DNA of 64,000 bases from an uncultured Chloroflexia bacterium (lineage in GTDB: Bacteria; Chloroflexota; Limnocylindria; Limnocylindrales; CSP1-4): NCBI GenBank assembly GCA_963707215.1, contig CAVPPB010000003.1, positions 1,408,001 to 1,472,000 of the forward strand, written 5' to 3'. The notes below the pieces were generated by a model. The model was not told the origin of the DNA and ran no database searches. It was given only the letters and a program-made list of their open reading frames with translations. Positions 1 to 9,190 of this stretch are shown one piece after another. A program made the position numbers and the translations under genes. Position 1 is the stretch's first letter; each line of letters opens with the position of its first letter.

Positions 1-177
1 CCGGACGGCGACCCGATCGTGACGGCAGCCCGGCTCTTCGATGCCCTCCACGCCCTCGACGATGCGGGCCTCGACCGGATCGTCGCTCAGCCGGTCCTCG
101 AGGTCGGCCTGGGTCGGGCGGTCATGGACCGCCTCCGCCGGGCGGCCGCCGCTGCGGACACCGACCCCGATGCGTAG
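1..177 (+). CDS. 3' end of L-threonylcarbamoyladenylate synthase (Sua5 C-terminal domain), partial
   Basis: Frame 1 reads PDGDPIVTAARLFDALHALDDAGLDRIVAQPVLEVGLGRAVMDRLRRAA...DA*. The AARLFxxLxxLD and GLGxAxMDRLxRAA motifs are typical of the Sua5 C-terminal domain. Confidence 0.8.
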   Translation, partial: PDGDPIVTAARLFDALHALDDAGLDRIVAQPVLEVGLGRAVMDRLRRAAAAADTDPDA

Positions 178-322
178 TGACCTCCCCGCCGGCACGGTCA
201 CCTTCCTCATCACCGACGTGGAGGGCTCGACGAAGCTTCGGCACGCGCTCGGGGCGGCCGAGCGGTCGGCCGAGCCGACCGTCGAGCCCGATGCGCTGGC
301 CAAGGGACCCGGCGCGCCATGA
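170..322 (+). pseudogene. N-terminal remnant of a class III adenylate/guanylate cyclase-domain protein
   Basis: ATG at 170 gives MRSDLPAGTVTFLITDVEGSTKLRHALG, the usual LPxGTVTFLFTDIEGSTxL start of cyclase-ATPase-TPR proteins. It stops after about 50 codons. Confidence 0.7.
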
Positions 323-861
323 CCCGCGACCAGACCATCGTCGCGGTCACGGTCGGGATGGCCTTCGGTATCCGGGCCGCGATCGGCATCGGCGAGCCGG
401 CCAGTCAGGACCCGGCGACGCTGCTCGACTGGCTCGCGGTCCTGACCTGGAGCCTGGCGCTCGCCTCGCTGATCCCCGGCACCTGGTTGCTCATGACCCT
501 GTCGAGCGGGGTCGACCGGTCAGGCCCGAACCGCTGGGTGACGACATCCGGCACCCTCGTCGTCGCCGGCGCCGCGCTGGCCGCGGTCGGGAACCTGCTC
601 GAGGCCGTGCTCGGGCTCGAGCTGGGCGGGCTGCTCTATGTCGTCGGCGTGTTGGCGCTCGTCCTGGGGCTCGTCGCCCTCGCGGGCTCCCTCGCGTTCA
701 CGCCGCGCCGCTGGCTCGGGCTCCTGGCGGTGGCGACGCTCATCGGGATGCTCGCCGAGCAGCTGGGCGGCCTGTTCCTCGTGTCCCTGGCCTGGCTCGC
801 CGCAGCGAACCTGGCCAGCCGGGGTCCGTGGGATCGCGACAGCCGAGGGCGGAGCCGCTAG
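319..861 (+). CDS. Hypothetical multi-pass membrane protein
   Basis: 180 aa with 5-6 hydrophobic segments; ATGA overlap with the upstream ORF. Confidence 0.7.
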   Translation: MTRDQTIVAVTVGMAFGIRAAIGIGEPASQDPATLLDWLAVLTWSLALASLIPGTWLLMTLSSGVDRSGPNRWVTTSGTLVVAGAALAAVGNLLEAVLGLELGGLLYVVGVLALVLGLVALAGSLAFTPRRWLGLLAVATLIGMLAEQLGGLFLVSLAWLAAANLASRGPWDRDSRGRSR

Positions 862-919
862 CGGACCGCCGGTCCGAGGCGCTACGCTGCGCCCGAACAG
901 CAAGAGGTCCTCGACCCTC

Positions 920-1111
920 ATGACGACCAAGGCTCGTACCAAGCGCGTCCCGACCCGGGAGGAGCTGCTCGCCCGGCACGCCGAGTGGCGGGCCAAGCGC
1001 AACGCGGCCGAGCTCGGGAGCGAGGAGTTCCGGGCCGCCGTCGTGGAGCTCGAGCGGATCGAGATCGAGATCGCCCGTGTGGACCGCGAGGCCGACCCGC
1101 CGCGGGTCTGA
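920..1111 (+). CDS. Small hypothetical helical protein (63 aa)
   Basis: MTTKARTKRVPTREELLARHAEWRAKRNAAELGSEEFRAAVVELERIEIEIARVDREADPPRV; GC-ending codons; GAGG upstream. Confidence 0.65.
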   Translation: MTTKARTKRVPTREELLARHAEWRAKRNAAELGSEEFRAAVVELERIEIEIARVDREADPPRV

Positions 1112-1132
1112 CCGCGCGCGGATCGGTTCCCG

Positions 1133-1801
1133 ATGAACGAGGCGCCGAGCGACCGCGCGACCGTCCGCATCCACGACGACCGGGCCGTCTACGACCGCGC
1201 TTCGATCGAGGCCATCCTCGACGAGGGCCTGGTCGCCCATGTCGGCATCGCCGACGACGACGGGCCGGTGGTGATCCCGATGAGCTACGGTCGCCGGGGC
1301 GACCGCCTCTATCTCCACGGCAAGCCGGCCAGCCGGCTCCTCCGGGCCGTCGCCTCCGGTCGGCCGGTCAGCATCACGGTGACGCTCGTCGATGGCCTGG
1401 TCCTGGCGAAGTCCGTCTTCCACCACTCGGTGAACTACCGCTCCGTCGTCGTCTTCGGGACCGGGCGCCTGGTCCGCGACGACGACGCCAAGCTCGAGGC
1501 GCTGCGGGTGATCACGGAGCACATCGTCCCGGGTCGCTGGGCCGATGCCCGGCTGCCGACCGAGCCCGAGCTGAAGCAGACCTACGTCGTCGAGATCCCG
1601 CTCGACGAGGCCTCGGCCAAGGTCCGCGCGGGGCCCCCGAAGGACGACCCGGCCGACGCCGAGCTGGCCGTCTGGGGCGGGGTCATCCCGCTCGAGCTGC
1701 GGGCCGACGAGCCCATCCCCGACTCGGACCTGCCCGCGCCGGCCTACGCCGAGCGGTACCGCCGGCCCGGCGGCGGCGACGACGACGACGACGCCGGATG
1801 A
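1133..1801 (+). CDS. Pyridoxamine 5'-phosphate oxidase-family flavin-nucleotide-binding protein
   Basis: Motifs RAVYDRASIEAILDEGLVAHVG, LYLHG, HHSVNYRSVVVFG, SAKVRAGPP, WGGVIPL. Confidence 0.9.
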   Translation: MNEAPSDRATVRIHDDRAVYDRASIEAILDEGLVAHVGIADDDGPVVIPMSYGRRGDRLYLHGKPASRLLRAVASGRPVSITVTLVDGLVLAKSVFHHSVNYRSVVVFGTGRLVRDDDAKLEALRVITEHIVPGRWADARLPTEPELKQTYVVEIPLDEASAKVRAGPPKDDPADAELAVWGGVIPLELRADEPIPDSDLPAPAYAERYRRPGGGDDDDDAG

Positions 1802-1858
1802 TCGTCCCCGGTCGAGCGCCGGCGGCCGGTCACGGTCCCGCCTGCTAGCATCCCGGCC

Positions 1859-2374
1859 ATGGACGGTGTCGTCCTCGTTCTCAACCAGAACTACGAGCCG
1901 CTCAACGTCTGCAACATCCCGCGGGCGTTCCGGCTCCTGTTCGGCGAGAGGGCCGAGGTGATCGAGTACGACCACCAGGTCATCCGGACGCCGCGCACCG
2001 AGTTCCGGGCCCCGTCCGTGATCCGGCTCCAGCATCACGTCCGGCGCCCCCGACCACGCGTGAAGCTGACCCGTCGCGAGGTCTTCAGCCGCGATCGACA
2101 CACCTGCCAGTACTGCGGCCGCGGCGGCAAGGACCTGACCCTCGACCACGTCGTCCCGCGCCACCGCGGCGGCACCCACACCTGGGACAACCTCGTGACG
2201 GCATGCAAGGGCTGCAACCACCGCAAGGGCGGCAAGACGCCGGAGGAGGCCCGAATCCGCCTCTCGCGGGCGCCGTTCGAGCCGCGCAGCGACCTGTACA
2301 CGATCTTCTCGCCGTACCTCTCGGACGAGCGGAACGAGGCATGGCGCGAGTACCTCTTCCTGGGTCGGTCCTGA
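1859..2374 (+). CDS. HNH endonuclease (McrA-like)
   Basis: VLVLNQNYEPL N-terminus; CQYCG...TLDHVVPRHRGGTHTWDNLVTACKGCNHRKG HNH/Zn motif. Confidence 0.92.
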   Translation: MDGVVLVLNQNYEPLNVCNIPRAFRLLFGERAEVIEYDHQVIRTPRTEFRAPSVIRLQHHVRRPRPRVKLTRREVFSRDRHTCQYCGRGGKDLTLDHVVPRHRGGTHTWDNLVTACKGCNHRKGGKTPEEARIRLSRAPFEPRSDLYTIFSPYLSDERNEAWREYLFLGRS

Positions 2375-3804
2375 AGCCCGCCGCGGGATCGGATCCGACC
2401 GGACCCGACGCCGCCGAGGCGGCCCGGCGCGTCGCCGCCGCGGTGCCGGCCGACGTCCTCGAGCTCATGGACCGACTGGCCGACGGGGGGCACGCGGCCT
2501 GGGTCGTCGGCGGATCGGTCCGCGACGCGATCCTCGGCCGGCCCGCCGCCGATTGGGACCTGACGACCGACGCCCGACCCGAGCGCATCCTCGAGCTGCT
2601 GCCCGACGCGGTCTACGAGAACCGCTTCGGGACCGTCGCCGTGCGTCGGCCCGACGGCGTCCACGAGATCACGACCTTCCGGAGCGACCATGAGTACGCC
2701 GACTTCCGACGACCCCACCGGATCGAGTTCGGAGAGTCGCTGGAGCTGGACCTCGCCCGCCGCGACTTCACGGTCAACGCCATCGCCTGGGGACGGCCCG
2801 CACCCAAGGGGGAAGGGAGCGAGCCGAGCGAAGGGCGGAGCGAGCCGCGCCTGGAGGACCCATTCGACGGCCTGGTCGACCTGCGGACCCGGACGCTCCG
2901 GGCCGTCGGTGATCCGACCTCGCGGTTCGAGGAGGATGCCCTGCGGATGATCCGTGCCGTCCGCCTCGCCGCCACGCTCGAGGCTCGGATCGAGCCGGCG
3001 ACGCTTGACGCGATCGGCTCCCACGCCGACCTGGTCCGGCACCTGAGCCAGGAGCGGATCGCGGCCGAGCTGGCCAAGCTGCTGGCCGCGACCCGGCCGT
3101 CGATCGGGCTCGCCCTCCTGGAGGCCGCCGGGCTGCTCCGGGTGATATCGCCGGAGCTGGCCGCCCAGCGCGGCGTCGCCCAGAACAAGGTCCCGGGCGA
3201 GGATCTCTGGGACCATACGATCCGGACCGTCGACGCCGTGCCGCCCGACCGGCCGGTCGTCCGCCTCGCCGCCCTCCTCCATGACATCGGGAAGCCGGCG
3301 ACGGCCGGGGAGGGTCACTTCCACGCCCACGAGGCGGTCGGCGCCAAACAGGCGGCCGAGCTGCTCGACCGCCTGCGCTTCCCCCGGGCCACCGCGGACC
3401 GAGTCGTCCAGCTGGTCCGGCTCCACATGTTCGACTACCAGGGCAGCTGGAGCGACGCCGCCGTCCGGCGCTTCATCAAGAAGACGGGGCGCGACGGAGT
3501 GGACGAGCTGCTCGACCTCCGAGCGGCTGACAACCTCGGCAGTGGGTTGCCCGCCGACTCGGGTGGCCTCGAGGAGCTCCGGGCGAGGGTCGCCGACCAA
3601 CTGCTCGCCGAGATCGCCCTCGACCGCGGCGACCTGGCCGTCGACGGCAACGACCTGATGACCGAGCTCGGCCTGGAGCCTGGACCCGCGCTCGGCCGGA
3701 TCATCGACGACCTTCTGGAGCGGGTCCTCGTCGACCCGTCGCTCAACGATCGCCCGACCCTCCTGCTGATCGCCCAGTCGATGCTCGCCGACGAAGGCCG
3801 ATGA
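2371..3804 (+). CDS. cca: CCA tRNA nucleotidyltransferase with HD domain (start codon uncertain)
   Basis: VVGGSVRDAILG, DWDLTT, DLARRDFTVNAIA, RFEEDALRMIRAVR, ERIAAEL, LLHDIGKP. Confidence 0.92.
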   Translation: MKPAAGSDPTGPDAAEAARRVAAAVPADVLELMDRLADGGHAAWVVGGSVRDAILGRPAADWDLTTDARPERILELLPDAVYENRFGTVAVRRPDGVHEITTFRSDHEYADFRRPHRIEFGESLELDLARRDFTVNAIAWGRPAPKGEGSEPSEGRSEPRLEDPFDGLVDLRTRTLRAVGDPTSRFEEDALRMIRAVRLAATLEARIEPATLDAIGSHADLVRHLSQERIAAELAKLLAATRPSIGLALLEAAGLLRVISPELAAQRGVAQNKVPGEDLWDHTIRTVDAVPPDRPVVRLAALLHDIGKPATAGEGHFHAHEAVGAKQAAELLDRLRFPRATADRVVQLVRLHMFDYQGSWSDAAVRRFIKKTGRDGVDELLDLRAADNLGSGLPADSGGLEELRARVADQLLAEIALDRGDLAVDGNDLMTELGLEPGPALGRIIDDLLERVLVDPSLNDRPTLLLIAQSMLADEGR

Positions 3805-4439
3805 TCGAGCCGCTCCTCGAAGCCGAGCGGCTGCTGGCGGTCGGCCTGCTGGACCAGGCCGAGCAGCGCTTCGCCCAGATCGCCGAGGCGGACCCGCGGA
3901 ACTCCATCGCCGTCGTGGGGCTGGCACGGGTCGCCCTGGAGCGAGGCGACGACGCTGACGCCCTGGCCCACGCGAAGCGGGCCGCCCTGATCGACCCCGA
4001 GAACCCGGTCGCTGCCGGGATGATCGCCCGGCTCGAGGAGATCGCCGGGATCCGGGCCGGATCGCCGCCGGCTCCCGAGGTGGTGGCCCCACCGGCTTCG
4101 ACGGCCGCCGAGCCGCCCGCCCCGGTCACGCCCACGGCGGGTACCCGCTCCGATCCCGCTCCGCTGGGGACCGCTCCGTCCGATCCCGCTCCGTCCGGGA
4201 CGGCTCCTCAGGGGCCCGCCCCGCCGGGGACCGCCCCGCCGGGGCCTAGCAAGGTGGTTGCTGCGGATCCGACAGAGCGTGCGAGGCCGATGCCGGATCC
4301 TGACGAGATCCGGCCCCCCCCGAGCGTGCCGACCCCTCGATCCAGCGATCACGTTGCTGCGGACTTGCGGCGCCCGGTGCCGCCGGCACCCCGACGACGC
4401 CGGCGCGGGCTGCTACGGCGCATCCTGGGGCGCGACTGA
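3801..4439 (+). CDS. Tetratricopeptide-repeat protein with Pro-rich low-complexity tail
   Basis: TPR-like helices (AEADPRNSIAVVGLARVAL...AALIDPENPVA) followed by imperfect GTAPSDPAP repeats. Confidence 0.7.
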   Translation: MIEPLLEAERLLAVGLLDQAEQRFAQIAEADPRNSIAVVGLARVALERGDDADALAHAKRAALIDPENPVAAGMIARLEEIAGIRAGSPPAPEVVAPPASTAAEPPAPVTPTAGTRSDPAPLGTAPSDPAPSGTAPQGPAPPGTAPPGPSKVVAADPTERARPMPDPDEIRPPPSVPTPRSSDHVAADLRRPVPPAPRRRRRGLLRRILGRD

Positions 4440-4454
4440 CGGTACCGTAGGGCC

Positions 4455-5465
4455 ATGCGCGTCCTGGTCACCGGCGGCGCCGGCTACATCGGCTCGATCA
4501 GCGTCGAGGTGCTGCTCGAGGCCGGGCACCAGGCCGTCGTCCTCGACGACCTCTCGACCGGTCACCGGGCAGCCGTCCCCGACGGCGTGCCATACCGGAC
4601 CTTCGACTACGCGGACGTCGAGGCGACACGGGCGCTCCTCGTTGACGAAGGCATCGACGCCGTCCTCCACTGCGCGGCCCGCTCGCTGGTCGGCGAATCG
4701 GTCGCGGATCCCGCCCGCTACTACCGCGAGAACGTCGCCGGCGGGGTCGCCCTCCTCGAGGCGGTCCGGACGAGCGGGGTCCGGCGCTTCGTCCTGTCGT
4801 CGTCGGCGGCCGTCTACGGCGTTCCCGACGCGACCCCGATCACCGAGGACGCCCCGCTCCGGCCCATCAGCCCGTACGGCGAGTCGAAGCGGATCCTCGA
4901 ATCCGCGCTCGCGGCCTACGCGGGTGCGTACGGGCTGCGGAGCGTCTCGCTGCGCTACTTCAACGCCGCCGGTGCGACCGAGCGCAACGGCGAGGTCCAC
5001 CGACCGGAGACCCACCTCATCCCGAACGTCCTCGCCGCCGCCGAGGGCCGCCGGGAGCTGGTCGTCTTCGGCGACGACTTCCCGACCGCGGACGGGACGC
5101 CGGTCCGGGACTACATCCATGTGCTGGATCTGGCCGACGCCCACCTGCGGGCGCTCGAGGCGACGGCGCCCGACGATCCCCGGACCGGCCCCGAGGTCGG
5201 CCCGGCGGAGGCCCTGGTCTGCAACCTCGGCAACGGCGACGGGGCGAGCGTCCGCGAGGTGCTCCGGGTGGCGGAGGCGGTGGTCGGTCGACCGATCCCC
5301 CACCGGGTCGGTCCGCGACGCGAAGGCGACCCGCCGGTCCTCGTGGCATCGGCGTCCAGGGCGCTCGAGATCCTCGGATGGCGGCCGGCCCACCCGGACC
5401 TCGAGTCGATGATCGCGTCGGCCTGGGCCTGGCGAAAGGCACACCCGGGCGGCTACGGCGACTGA
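4455..5465 (+). CDS. galE: UDP-glucose 4-epimerase
   Basis: VTGGAGYIGS, SSSAAVYG, YGESK, LRYFNAAGA, RDYIHVLDLADAH. Confidence 0.95.
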   Translation: MRVLVTGGAGYIGSISVEVLLEAGHQAVVLDDLSTGHRAAVPDGVPYRTFDYADVEATRALLVDEGIDAVLHCAARSLVGESVADPARYYRENVAGGVALLEAVRTSGVRRFVLSSSAAVYGVPDATPITEDAPLRPISPYGESKRILESALAAYAGAYGLRSVSLRYFNAAGATERNGEVHRPETHLIPNVLAAAEGRRELVVFGDDFPTADGTPVRDYIHVLDLADAHLRALEATAPDDPRTGPEVGPAEALVCNLGNGDGASVREVLRVAEAVVGRPIPHRVGPRREGDPPVLVASASRALEILGWRPAHPDLESMIASAWAWRKAHPGGYGD

Positions 5466-5504
5466 CCCCCGATCGCACCGGCGCCACGCCACGGCGGACG
5501 GCCC

Positions 5505-6911
5505 TCAGCGGTCGCGGGGCTCCAAGGGCGCCCGGTCGGGCGAGAGGCGCTCGGGCGGCGACTCGGCGACGACCCCGGCGACCAGCTCCCCGGAGCCGGA
5601 CCAGGCATCGCTGACCGGACGCAGGATCAGCAGGCCGATGATCATCGTCACGAGGAGGCTCAGGACGGCGAGCTGGTAGGCGCCGTCGCCGAGCTGGTCG
5701 ATGAAGAGGTAGATGACGAGGGCGTAGAGCAGCTGGCCGATGACCTGGCTGCCCTTGCCGACCAGCCCGTAGAGGCCGAAGAACTCGCCGACGTGCTGGG
5801 GCGGCGAGAGCCGGACCAGGAGGACCCGGTCGGCGACCTGGACCCCGCCGAGCCCGCTGCCCAGGATCGCCCCGGCCAGCAGGAAGAGCGGCAGCCCGAT
5901 GCTCGCGTCGAGCCCGATCGCGATCGCGCCCATGACCAGCCCGACGGCCCAGGACAGCAGGACGATGACGAGGGTCCGCTTGGGCCCCAGGCGGTCGGTC
6001 AGCCAGCCCCAGCCGAAGCTGGCCGCGATGGCGACGATGGTCAGCGACAGCAGCACCAGGTTGGCCGTCTGGGCCGAGAGCTCCATCGCCTCGACGGTCA
6101 CCACGCTCATGACGACGATGACCGTGTTGACGGCATCGGAGTAGAAGAACCGGCCGACGAGGAAGCGGACCAGGCCCGGGACCTCCTGGGCGTGGCGGAT
6201 GGTCCGCCGGATCTGGCCGAACGACTCCACGACGTCGCGGCGCGTCAGGGCAGGACCCGTCGCCTTCGGCTCGCGGACGATGAGGAAGATCGGGACCGAG
6301 AAGAGGGCGTAGAGCAGGGCGGCCAGGAGGAAGCGGTCCTCGACCGGGACCTCCAGGAAGAAGATGAGCAGGCCGACGAAGACCGTCCCGCAGTAGCCGA
6401 TGGCCGTGCCGATCCCCGACAGCCGGCCCCGGGTCTCCGGCTTGCTGACCAGCTTGATCGTCGCGTCGTAGTAGATGAGCGCGGCCTGGTACGAGAAGTT
6501 GGCGACGATGAAGAGGACCAGGCCCAGGAAGGCCGGGCTGAAGCCGATGAACGCGGTCGGGACGATGCACAGGGCGGTGAAGAAGAGCAGGAACGGCAGC
6601 CGCCGCCCGCCGACGCGGTCGGAGAGGGCGCCGAGGGGCGGCGAGACCAGGGCGTTGATGCCGACGCTGACGACGACGGCGATGGAGAGCCAGACGTTGC
6701 CGTCACGCTCGCCGAACTGGGCATCACTGGTGAGCCAGAGGCCGATGGCCCCCGACACGATCGCGAAGCTGAAGATCGTGTTGGCGAAGTCGTAGAGGGA
6801 CCAGGCCCCCGGGACCCGGGCCTGCCCCGACGGGGTCAGGGCCGCGAGCCGCGCCAGCGGACCGCGCCCGGGGGCGCCGGAGGACGCGCCGGTCGCGGTC
6901 GGGCCGGACAT
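5505..6911 (-). CDS. MFS transporter (UMF1/Atg22-like)
   Basis: WSLYDFANT, LGALSD, about 12 TM segments, GEFFGLY. Confidence 0.88.
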   Translation of the reverse strand: MSGPTATGASSGAPGRGPLARLAALTPSGQARVPGAWSLYDFANTIFSFAIVSGAIGLWLTSDAQFGERDGNVWLSIAVVVSVGINALVSPPLGALSDRVGGRRLPFLLFFTALCIVPTAFIGFSPAFLGLVLFIVANFSYQAALIYYDATIKLVSKPETRGRLSGIGTAIGYCGTVFVGLLIFFLEVPVEDRFLLAALLYALFSVPIFLIVREPKATGPALTRRDVVESFGQIRRTIRHAQEVPGLVRFLVGRFFYSDAVNTVIVVMSVVTVEAMELSAQTANLVLLSLTIVAIAASFGWGWLTDRLGPKRTLVIVLLSWAVGLVMGAIAIGLDASIGLPLFLLAGAILGSGLGGVQVADRVLLVRLSPPQHVGEFFGLYGLVGKGSQVIGQLLYALVIYLFIDQLGDGAYQLAVLSLLVTMIIGLLILRPVSDAWSGSGELVAGVVAESPPERLSPDRAPLEPRDR

Positions 6912-7009
6912 GGGCGGAGCCTAGCAGGCGGACGATGCCGCACGAGGGCCGTCCAAACGACCGATGCCCACGCGAGGGCCGCCCATGCGGGTCGGTGTAC
7001 CCTGCCGCC

Positions 7010-7691
7010 ATGACCGCCGCGACTCGCGTCGCCGACCCCGGGAGCTGGCGCCCGCAGTCGTTCGGGGGCCGTCGCGCCCAGGAGATCCCCGACCCGCTGA
7101 TCGAGCCGCTCTGGGACGGCGACCGGGTCCTCGTCCACGCATCCTCCGCGGGGATCGCGATCCTCGACGCGGAGGGGGTCGACGTGGACGCTCTGCCCGA
7201 GGTGGCCGGCGCGGTCGCCGATGCCCTGATGGCGGAGGACGCCGTCATCGACGGCTACCTCACGCCCCAGGCGGCCCGCTCGTCGGAGGGCGCCGTCCTC
7301 GGCGAGGTCAAGGTCCCGACCTCGCGCGAGATGACCGCCCAGATCTTCATCGGGCGGGGGCGCGACCGACGCCGCGAGCTGGCCGAGTCGGAGGCGCCGG
7401 TCGTCCGGCCCGGCGACCCGCTGGTGCTCGTCTGCGTCGACCTGCTCGCCATCGACGGAGCAGCCCCTCCTCGACGTCCCCCTCCTGGAGCGCAAGCGCC
7501 TCCTGGAGAGCGCGATCGACGAGAACCTGCTCGTCCGCATCGGCGCCTACGTCCGTCCGCCGGTCGACCCCTGGATCGGCTCGTGGCGGGCCCAGGGCTT
7601 CCGGGCGCTGGCCTACAAGGCGGCCAACAGTCGCTACCGCCCCGGCGAGGCGAACGAGGCCTGGGCGACCGCCCAGATCCCGAGGCGCTGA
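7010..7691 (+). CDS. ATP-dependent DNA ligase adenylation-domain homolog lacking the catalytic lysine (frameshift near 7460)
   Basis: IEPLWDGDRVLVH, VIDGYL, CVDLLAIDG; after the shift QPLLDVPLLERKRLLES...YKAANSRYRPG...W. Confidence 0.7.
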
Positions 7692-7782
7692 GCGCCCGAA
7701 CGACCCTCCCGGGCGACCTGGCGCGGTCCGTCCCGCGAGCGTCGTCCACCGCCGGGAGGCCGGCGATGGTAGGGTCTACGTG

Positions 7783-9190
7783 ATGCCAGCGTCGTCCCTC
7801 ACCCCGGCCGTCCGCGAGGAGATCGAGCACCTCGGGAAGGCCGACATCATGGTGGGCATCCCGAGCTTCAAGAACGCCGCGACGATCGGCTACGTCGTCC
7901 GGGCGGCCCAGGCCGGGCTGGTCCAGTACTTCCCCGACCTGCGTCCGGTGCTGGTCAACGCGGACGCCGACTCGCCCGACGGCACCCAGCGCGTCGTCGT
8001 CGAGACGGAGCCCCCGGACTACGTCGAGTCGATCCTCCTCGTCCGCCCCACCAACCGGCTCAACCGGGTCAGCCTGACCTACCCAGAGGTCGACGGGGTC
8101 GGCGGCAAGGGAGCGGCCCTGCGGACGATCTTCGAGATCGCCGCGGCCCTCGAGGTGGAGGCCCTCGTCGTCGTCGACTCGGACCTGCGCTCGATCGTGC
8201 CCGAGTGGATCGAGCTCATCGCCGGTCCCATCCTCAAGGGCGGCTACGACTACGTGGCCCCGCTCTACTCGCGCTACAAGTACGACGGCACGATCACCAA
8301 CACGGTCACCTACCCGCTGACCCGGGCCCTCTACGGCCACCGCATCCGCCAGCCCATCGGGGGCGACTTCGGGGTCAGCGGCGACCTCGTCCGGCACTAC
8401 CTCGAGGTCGACGACTGGGACAGCGACACCAGCAAGTTCGGCATCGACATCTGGATGACGACCCACGCCCTCACCGGCGGCTTCGCCGTCTGTCAGTCCC
8501 GCCTCGGCTCGAAGGTCCACGACCCCAAGGACCCGTCGGCCGACCTCGGGCCGATGTTCCGCCAGGTCGTCGGGACGATCCTCCGACTGGCCGTCGACAA
8601 CCACGCTCGCTGGGACGCCATCGAGGGTAGCCATGCCGTGCCCGCCTACGGCTTCGAGCGGATCGCCGACCCGCCGCCGCTGGAGGTGAACGTCCTGCGG
8701 CTCCTCCAGGAGTTCAACGCCGGGGCGATCGCGCTGCCGGCGACCTGGCGGCGGATGCTCGCCCCGAACACCCTGACGACGGTCCTGGCGCTGGCCGACG
8801 AGGCCGGCAAGATCTCCGAGGCCGGCGGCGCCCGGCTCCTCAAGACGGCTGGCGCCGGGGCGCCGACGACCGCCGAGATGGCCGCGGCGATGTCCGACTT
8901 CCACTTCCCGGACGACGCCTGGGCGCGGGTCGTCTACGACCTGGTCGTGGCGGTCCGCGACGGCGCCGTACCGACCGAGGAGATGGTGACCGCCCTGGTG
9001 CCGATCTACTTCGGGCGGGTCGGCTCGTTCATCATCGAGAACCGGGAGCTCACGACCGACCAGGCCGAGGAGCGGGTCGAGCGCCAGGCCCGCGAGTTCG
9101 AGCTGCTCAAGCCGTACCTGCGCAAGCAGTGGGCCCGAATCGGCCGCCGGGCCGGAGGGCGGAACCGACCTCGAGGTGGCACCCTCGTGA
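7783..9190 (+). CDS. Glucosylglycerate synthase (Ggs)/mannosylglycerate synthase-like GT2 glycosyltransferase
   Basis: ADIMVGIPSFKNAATI, GKGAAL, VVDSDLRSI, YDGTITN, RIRQPIGGDFG, FGIDIWMT, KVHDPKDP. Removing one C near 9135 restores the stop TGA at 9188-9190. Confidence 0.75.

Noticed and set aside
1859-2374. HNH gene as a mobile or defence element (e.g. IscB/Cas9-like)
   Set aside because: Short stand-alone HNH of a common family, with no RuvC motifs, repeats or flanking ncRNA space.
4130-4250. Pro-rich repeats in the TPR protein and similar tails (16520-16620, 22690-22745)
   Set aside because: Ordinary low-complexity linkers typical of high-GC genomes.
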